A program made the position numbers and the translations under genes. From Microbulbifer sp. GL-2 (GTDB lineage: Bacteria; Pseudomonadota; Gammaproteobacteria; Pseudomonadales; Cellvibrionaceae): a stretch of DNA of 40,000 bases. Below the pieces are notes generated by a model. The model was not told the origin of the DNA. It ran no database searches and worked only from the letters and a program-made list of their open reading frames with translations. The DNA lies in the NCBI RefSeq assembly GCF_007183175.1, contig NZ_AP019807.1, positions 2,403,785-2,443,784 on the forward strand, given 5' to 3'. Within the stretch, counting starts at the first letter, position 1. Each line of letters opens with the position of its first letter. Below, piece after piece: positions 34,232-40,000 of the stretch.

Positions 34232-35023
34232 TTAAATTTCAATAGTCCCTTTTAGGTATTGGACAGCTTTGCCAGAGATAACGACCCTGTTTCCCTTGAG
34301 TTGGCAATGGAGTAACCCGCCACGCTTGGAGGCCTGGAAGGCAGTGAGTCGCGACTTATCCAGTTGTGCAGCCCAGTAGGGGGCCAGCCCTGTGTGGATA
34401 GATCCAGTTACCGGATCTTCAACTCCCCCATTAGATGGCCAGAAATACCTGGAAACGAAGTCATATTTTTTTGAGCGGGCTGTAACGACGACATCATAAG
34501 GTGCGAGTCTTTTAAGTTTCCCTGCATTCTGTTGCAGTTGGTAAACATCCTCTTCTGTATCGTAAATGGCAAAGTAGGCCTGTTGGTTGCGCAGAACCTC
34601 AGAGGGTATTTTGGATAACCCATCAATCAAGTCTCTGGGTACTTGTTCTATAGGTCGCGGAGCCCTGTTGGGAAAGTCCATGGCGATTTCGCCGTCTTCG
34701 CTGTGAGTTATTTGCATTTCACCCACAGCTTCCGCAGAAAAGTACAGGGTTTCCAGTTTCGGATTTTTTGAAAAAATCACATATGCGGAAGCTAGTGTTG
34801 CATGGCCGCAAAAATCAACTTCATTCATCGGGGAGAACCAGCGAATCTGGAATTCTTTTTCGGAATGTTTGAGCAGGAAGGCAGTCTCGGACAAGTTGTT
34901 TTCGGTAGCGATGGCCTGCATTTGGCTGTTGCTTAACCATTGCTCGGTAATGATGACTGCGGCTGAGTTACCACCAAACCGGGTGTCGGTAAAAGCATCA
35001 ATTATATTTATTTCAAGTTCCAC
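34232..35023 (-). CDS. PhzF-family isomerase (YddE-like), GTG start
   Basis: IDAFTDTRFGGNSAAVI, ETAFL, IRWFSPMNEVDFCGHATLA and DPVTGS are PhzF family motifs. RBS aggagg lies 8 nt upstream. Confidence 0.85.
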   Translation of the reverse strand: MELEINIIDAFTDTRFGGNSAAVIITEQWLSNSQMQAIATENNLSETAFLLKHSEKEFQIRWFSPMNEVDFCGHATLASAYVIFSKNPKLETLYFSAEAVGEMQITHSEDGEIAMDFPNRAPRPIEQVPRDLIDGLSKIPSEVLRNQQAYFAIYDTEEDVYQLQQNAGKLKRLAPYDVVVTARSKKYDFVSRYFWPSNGGVEDPVTGSIHTGLAPYWAAQLDKSRLTAFQASKRGGLLHCQLKGNRVVISGKAVQYLKGTIEI

Positions 35024-35298
35024 GCAAGAGTCCTCCTACATAAGTGTTGAGCTCAATTGAAGGTTTAACTGTACGAAGGGGCGGTTAGAGCGCCTGGCGC
35101 TGTAAATAATATTGCTCTACAGCTGGAAATTAGCCTCTATTTCCTGATCTGCATCAGTATTGCCAGGGTGTTCCCATTTTAAAGTCTGCATCAATCTGGC
35201 CGGTGCAGTGCGTTTTGCCAGGGGTAAAACCGGTACTTCTTTTTATTGTTGACCGGGTATCAACTGTTATGAGAATGGGCTTGCTCTAGGGGGTTGGA

Positions 35299-36465
35299 AT
35301 GTTGCAAACAGATGTTGCTATTGTCGGGGCTGGCCCCGCAGGGCTGGCCCTGGCGGTAATGTTGGCCCGGCGCGACAGTAGAGTAACGCTTTTGGAGTGC
35401 CAGAGCGAGGATAGCCTGGCAAATCCCGAGGATGATGGGCGCGAGATTGCCCTGACTCATAAATCGGTCAGAATTCTGGAAAGCCTTGGGGTCTGGCAAA
35501 AGTTGCATACTGATGAGGTCAGTGTTCTACAGTCGGCGCAAGTGGTTGATGGTAATTCGCCCTCAAGCTTGAATTTCGATAACCGTGGGCGCGGGCCTCT
35601 GGGATTTATTGTGCCCAATGCTGCGATACGCCGTGCGCTTTATGAAGTGGCTTGTGGGGAAAGCAACATTCAATTGCGCTGTGACAGTGCGGTGACCGGC
35701 ACAGGCTTGGGCGACAACAGACGTTTGTTGGAGATCAATGGTGAGAATCATCTCGCTGCGGCACTCGTGGCGGCGGCAGACAGCCGCTTTTCCGAGGTGC
35801 GCCGTATGGTGGGAATAGGTGCGGATATGCGCGATTTTGGTCGTGTGGCAGTTGTTGGCCGGGTGCGCACAGAGTGCGCGCACGGCGGGATTGCGCGTGA
35901 GTGTTTTCGCTATGGTTCCACTCTGGCGTTGCTGCCCCTGGCCGAACCGAATATTTCCTCGGCGGTGGTAACCATTTCGGCAAGCCGTGGGGAGGAAGTA
36001 ATGCAGTACTGCGACACAGAGTTTGCCGCCCATGTGCAGCGTGAGAGCGCTGCGGCGCTGGGGCCGGTGGAGTCCTGTGGCAAGCGTCATAAATATCCGC
36101 TGGTCGCAGTTTACGCACACCGGTTTTATGCTGAACGCTTTGTCTTGGTCGGGGATGCCGCTGTGGGGATGCACCCGGTAACCGCACACGGTTTCAACTT
36201 GGGGCTTGCGGGTGCGGACACCTTAACCCGACAGCTGGACGGTGTTACCCGTCTTTACCAGCCAGCACGGCTGGCACGCGCTTTGTCTCGCTACCAGGTT
36301 CAGCACCGCCTGGAGTCTCAGCCTATTTATTCGGGCACAAACCGGGTGGTCGATCTGTTTACCAATGATCGCCTGCCGGCAAAATTATTGCGCAAGGCGG
36401 TATTACGATTCAGTGAACATTTTCCACCGGTGCGGCAGGCTATTGTGCATCAGCTCACCCGCTGA
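35299..36465 (+). CDS. FAD-dependent monooxygenase, UbiH/UbiF/VisC/COQ6 family
   Basis: DVAIVGAGPAGLALA (GxGxxG), and LVGDAAVGMHPVTAHGFNLG (the conserved DAAH..P..GQG-type motif). Confidence 0.85.
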   Translation: MLQTDVAIVGAGPAGLALAVMLARRDSRVTLLECQSEDSLANPEDDGREIALTHKSVRILESLGVWQKLHTDEVSVLQSAQVVDGNSPSSLNFDNRGRGPLGFIVPNAAIRRALYEVACGESNIQLRCDSAVTGTGLGDNRRLLEINGENHLAAALVAAADSRFSEVRRMVGIGADMRDFGRVAVVGRVRTECAHGGIARECFRYGSTLALLPLAEPNISSAVVTISASRGEEVMQYCDTEFAAHVQRESAAALGPVESCGKRHKYPLVAVYAHRFYAERFVLVGDAAVGMHPVTAHGFNLGLAGADTLTRQLDGVTRLYQPARLARALSRYQVQHRLESQPIYSGTNRVVDLFTNDRLPAKLLRKAVLRFSEHFPPVRQAIVHQLTR

Positions 36466-36816
36466 GTAATGCATAGAGTAGCAAGTTGCCAGCGGTGCAT
36501 GATTAGCTGCTTAAAAAGTAACAGGCTGAGCCCGATAGACCCCTGTTTATTTTGGGCCTCAACTGTGAGCTTATGGATTTTTATTGTTTGACTGTTGGCG
36601 CTGTGACGGGGCTGCCCACGCTATGCAATTAGGTAGCGGAATCCGCAATTAAAAGGAGGCCATCTGCTGGCCGGGCTTTGTGTTTTTGCAAGCAGGCGCA
36701 AATCAGTAATTGTTGAAGAAACGCTCTTGCGGGATTTTCTTCCTTTTCTATACTGATCTGCGAGGTATTTAGGGAGTGGTTCTACACGCAAAGTAAAAAC
36801 AAATGCCAATTACGGC

Positions 36817-36845
36817 TTGACTCACCGGGGTTGTGACCATAGAAT
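36817..36845 (+). promoter_or_regulatory. Sigma-70 promoter for the tRNA-fMet/rimP-nusA-infB operon
   Basis: TTGACT, then 17 nt, then TAGAAT, lying ~75 nt upstream of the first tRNA. Confidence 0.6.
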
Positions 36846-36921
36846 GCGCAGCCTCTTGAGTGGTTGGGTTAGCCCACCGCAGGGAAACAAAGGTCAACCA
36901 GGCTTTGTTTCTTGGAGTTGT

Positions 36922-36998
<77 letters not shown>

Positions 36999-37037
36999 AT
37001 TTACCTCCGGGTAAATATTTGATTGCGCATTTGTTGT

Positions 37038-37114
<77 letters not shown>

Positions 37115-37154
37115 ATTTTGTCTTTTTATAAGGCTTTGATTGCGCTTTCGTTGT

Positions 37155-37231
<77 letters not shown>

Positions 37232-37273
37232 AATTTTGCATTTGCGCATACTGGCTGCGTGAATGTGCGGTCA

Positions 37274-37294
37274 AAGCCCCGTCAGGGGCTTTTT
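37274..37294 (+). terminator. Hairpin plus T-run between the tRNA cluster and rimP (attenuating terminator, as after metY in E. coli)
   Basis: aagcccc gtca ggggctt, then ttt. Confidence 0.6.
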
Positions 37295-37367
37295 CGTATC
37301 TGCAAGAAAAGTTGCAGGTATTTTTCGAAGTGGGCCGCAGGCCCATTTTTTGTATGTGGTGACGTAA

Positions 37368-37832
37368 ATGGCGAGCAAACGCGAATTGCTGGAAGAGCTT
37401 CTGGCGCCGGTGGTGGCATCGCTGGGATGCGAACTGTGGGGTATTGAATACCAGACCCATGGTCGCAACGCGCTGCTGCGCATCTATATCGATTCTGAGA
37501 ACGGCATTTCCGTTGAAGATTGTGAGAAGGTGAGCCGTCAGTCCAGCGCCGTGCTGGATGTGGAAGACCCGATCAGTGGTAAGTACACACTTGAAGTTTC
37601 TTCCCCTGGGCTCGATCGCCCTCTCTATAAGCTGGAGCAGTTCGAACGCTTTTCCGGTGCCCAGATCGAAGTTCGCCTGCGTATGCCGTTGGATGGACAG
37701 CGTAAATGGCGCGGTCTACTGGCTGGTGTAGAGGGTGATGAAGTAGTTTTGCGCGTGGATAGCGAAAATGAATACCTGTTGCCGATCGACAGTATCGAGA
37801 AGGCAAATATTATTCCCCAATTTACCAAGTAA
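37368..37832 (+). CDS. rimP: Ribosome maturation factor RimP
   Basis: [18 protein letters not shown]...LRIYID...[12 protein letters not shown] is the RimP signature. Sits in the conserved position before nusA. Confidence 0.93.
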   Translation: MASKRELLEELLAPVVASLGCELWGIEYQTHGRNALLRIYIDSENGISVEDCEKVSRQSSAVLDVEDPISGKYTLEVSSPGLDRPLYKLEQFERFSGAQIEVRLRMPLDGQRKWRGLLAGVEGDEVVLRVDSENEYLLPIDSIEKANIIPQFTK

Positions 37833-37874
37833 CCTGTAGGAGCCTGAGCTCAGGCGATTTTGAGGCACAGTTGC

Positions 37875-39377
37875 ATGAACAAAGAGATCTTGCTGGTAGC
37901 CGAGGCGGTATCCAACGAGAAGGGCGTTGACCAGGAAATTATTTTCCAGGCCATCGAAGCGGCATTGGCAACGGCCACGAAGAAGCGCTACGACGAGGAT
38001 TCAACCATTGAGGTAATCATCGATCGCCGCAACGGTGACTATGAGACTTACCGCAGCTGGGAAGTCGTCGATGATGAAACCCTCGCGGAACTGGGTACCC
38101 AGTTCACCCTGGAAGAGGCTCACGAAAAAGATACCGAGCTAAAAGCGGGCGATGTTTACCGCGAGCAGGTGGAAAATGTAGAGTTTGGCCGTATCGCCGC
38201 ACAGACTGCCAAGCAAGTCATTGTGCAGAAAGTGCGTGAAGCTGAGCGTGCCAAGGTTGTGGATGAGTACCGCGATCGGGTTGGCGAAATGGTCAGTGGC
38301 ACCGTTAAGAAGGTGACCCGCGACTTTATCGCTGTTGACCTGGGCAATAACGCAGAAGCACGCTTGCCCCGCGATCAGCTGGTTGGCCGCGAGATCTTTC
38401 GCCTGGGTGACCGCGTGCGCGCAATCCTGTTGGAGATTCAACCGGAAGCCCGTGGCCCGCAGTTGATGCTGAGTCGCTCCTGCCCGGAGATGATTATTGA
38501 ACTGTTCCGCATCGAGGTGCCGGAGATCTCCGAACAGGTTATCGAAATTAAAGGGGCCGCCCGTGATCCTGGCCTGCGCGCCAAGATTGCCGTGAATACT
38601 AACGACGGTCGAATTGACCCGGTCGGCGCCTGTGTGGGGATGCGCGGTGCGCGTGTTCAGGCAGTTTCCAACGAGCTGTCAGGCGAGCGCGTAGACATCG
38701 TGCTGTGGGATGACAACCCGGCCCAGTTCGTAATCAATGCTATGGCACCGGCGGAAATCGAATCCATTGTTGTAGACGAGGATGCCGGTTCCATGGATGT
38801 AGCGGTAGCGGACGAAAACCTCGCTATGGCTATCGGTCGCAGTGGCCAGAACGTGCGTTTGGCCTCCGAGCTGACCCAATGGCAGATCAATGTCATGAGT
38901 ACAGACGAGTGGCAGAACAAACAGGAAGCCGAATCCAGCTCGATTATGCAGGTGTTTATCGATCGCCTGGATATCGATGAAGATGTCGCCGGCATACTGG
39001 TTGATGAAGGCTTTACCTCCCTGGAGGAAGTGGCCTATGTCCCTATTGAGGAAATGATCGGGATCGAGGGCTTCGACGAAGATATCGCCGAGGAACTGCG
39101 AGCCCGCGCCAAGGACTCTCTGTTGACCCAGGCGCTTGCCTCCGAGGAAAAACTGGATGCCTCCGAGCCCCAGGAAGACCTGCTCAATATGGAGGGCATG
39201 GAGCGCAACTTGGCATTCCAGCTGGCCAGCCGTGGTATTGCCACCATGGAAGACCTGGCGGAACAGGCGGTGGATGACCTGCTCGATATCGATGGTCTCG
39301 ATCAGGAACGCGCTGCAGCGCTGATTATGAAAGCGCGTGAGCCCTGGTTTGCCGATGACAACGGCGAACAGGCTTAA
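37875..39377 (+). CDS. nusA: Transcription termination/antitermination factor NusA
   Basis: [19 protein letters not shown]-terminus, S1 and KH regions ([16 protein letters not shown]; [22 protein letters not shown]), and C-terminal acidic repeats. The start is taken at ATG 37875 rather than TTG 37860. Confidence 0.95.
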   Translation: MNKEILLVAEAVSNEKGVDQEIIFQAIEAALATATKKRYDEDSTIEVIIDRRNGDYETYRSWEVVDDETLAELGTQFTLEEAHEKDTELKAGDVYREQVENVEFGRIAAQTAKQVIVQKVREAERAKVVDEYRDRVGEMVSGTVKKVTRDFIAVDLGNNAEARLPRDQLVGREIFRLGDRVRAILLEIQPEARGPQLMLSRSCPEMIIELFRIEVPEISEQVIEIKGAARDPGLRAKIAVNTNDGRIDPVGACVGMRGARVQAVSNELSGERVDIVLWDDNPAQFVINAMAPAEIESIVVDEDAGSMDVAVADENLAMAIGRSGQNVRLASELTQWQINVMSTDEWQNKQEAESSSIMQVFIDRLDIDEDVAGILVDEGFTSLEEVAYVPIEEMIGIEGFDEDIAEELRARAKDSLLTQALASEEKLDASEPQEDLLNMEGMERNLAFQLASRGIATMEDLAEQAVDDLLDIDGLDQERAAALIMKAREPWFADDNGEQA

Positions 39378-39441
39378 ACACAAAGACATAAGATACACGT
39401 ATAAGTAACCCCCTCCGACCAAGTGACTTTTAGGAGAGAGA

Positions 39442-40000
39442 ATGGCCGAAGTAACAGTTAGCGAACTCGCCAAATCGGTTGGTGCCACCGAAGACCGTCT
39501 GCTCAAGCAGATGAAAGAAGCGGGTTTGCCTCACACCTCTGCGGATGCGGTGGTGTCAGATGAGGAGAAGCAGGTCCTGCTCAGTTTCCTGAAAAGCAGT
39601 CACGGGGAGCAGGGTGCGAGCCCACGCAAGATCACCTTGAAGCGCAAGACCACGACTACGCTAAAAACCGGCTCTGGCACCGGCCGCAAGACTGTGAACG
39701 TGGAAGTTCGCAAGAAGCGTACTTATGTGAAGCGCCCACAGGCTGAGCTTGAAGCGGAAGCAAATGCTGTAGATGGCATATCTGAAGCCGATGAGGCACA
39801 GCTGCAAACTGAGGCGGAAGCTATAGCGGCCGCCGAAGCGGAAGCGAAGGCTGCCGCAGAAGCAGAGGCTGCCCGTCGGGCCGCTGAGGAAGAAGAAGCG
39901 CGCTTAAAAGCCGAAGCGGAAGCCAAGGCCGCCGCAGAGGCAGAAGCGAAGGTCGCAGCCGCAGAGATGGCTGCAAAAGAGGCAGAAGTGACCCAGAAAG
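39442..40000 (+). CDS. infB: Translation initiation factor IF-2, N-terminal part (runs off the window)
   Basis: [29 protein letters not shown] followed by an Ala/Glu/Lys-rich region. RBS aggagag. Follows nusA. Confidence 0.9.
   Translation, partial: MAEVTVSELAKSVGATEDRLLKQMKEAGLPHTSADAVVSDEEKQVLLSFLKSSHGEQGASPRKITLKRKTTTTLKTGSGTGRKTVNVEVRKKRTYVKRPQAELEAEANAVDGISEADEAQLQTEAEAIAAAEAEAKAAAEAEAARRAAEEEEARLKAEAEAKAAAEAEAKVAAAEMAAKEAEVTQK

Noticed and set aside
38679-39506. 275-aa ORF on the minus strand across nusA. Similar long antisense ORFs occur in the UbiH-like gene (35563-36189, 35735-36187), nnrS (32351-33073), the chitinase (29345-29821) and the secreted protein (20602-21036)
   Set aside because: These are shadow ORFs opposite genes with strong family motifs. 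Their products are low-complexity or Arg/Pro/Ser-rich and have no motifs.

Overview
This is a gammaproteobacterial chromosome segment built on the conserved backbone (secG?)-tRNA-Leu(GAG) ... 3x tRNA-fMet-rimP-nusA-infB, with about 36.7 kb of accessory DNA between the tRNA-Leu and the tRNA-fMet genes.

**Part A (130-19686).** A ~19.5 kb integrative element sits in the 3' end of tRNA-Leu. It is bounded by a 28-29 bp direct repeat (attL/attR). It carries a P4-type tyrosine integrase, GGTGCTA arm-type repeats at both ends, an AlpA-like regulator, a Toprim/DUF927 primase-helicase, and two inverted copies of a ~125 bp GGTGTTACAG iteron block, reminiscent of P4 ori/crr.

Nested inside the element is a complete integron:
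- an intact IntI;
- an attI core, GTTAGGC;
- 11 full attC sites plus one truncated site;
- about 12 cassettes, almost all of unknown function. The recognisable ones are a NADAR protein, a beta-lactamase-fold serine hydrolase with a GFA protein, and a possible Abi-like protein.

The right arm of the element holds an XRE/GNAT module and a ~1 kb ORF-free, hairpin-dense region that contains four AAACC...GGTTT stem-loops.

**Part B (19.7-36.8 kb).** This is older-looking accessory DNA. It encodes:
- a large secreted Ca-binding protein with an adjacent lipoprotein;
- a MerR-MFS pair;
- a cupin protein;
- a GH19 chitinase with CBM5/12 and PKD domains;
- an MFS pseudogene containing a heptanucleotide repeat expansion;
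- NnrS, a second GFA protein, PhzF and a UbiH-like monooxygenase.

All calls rest on reading the sequence and remembering family motifs. No searches were run.
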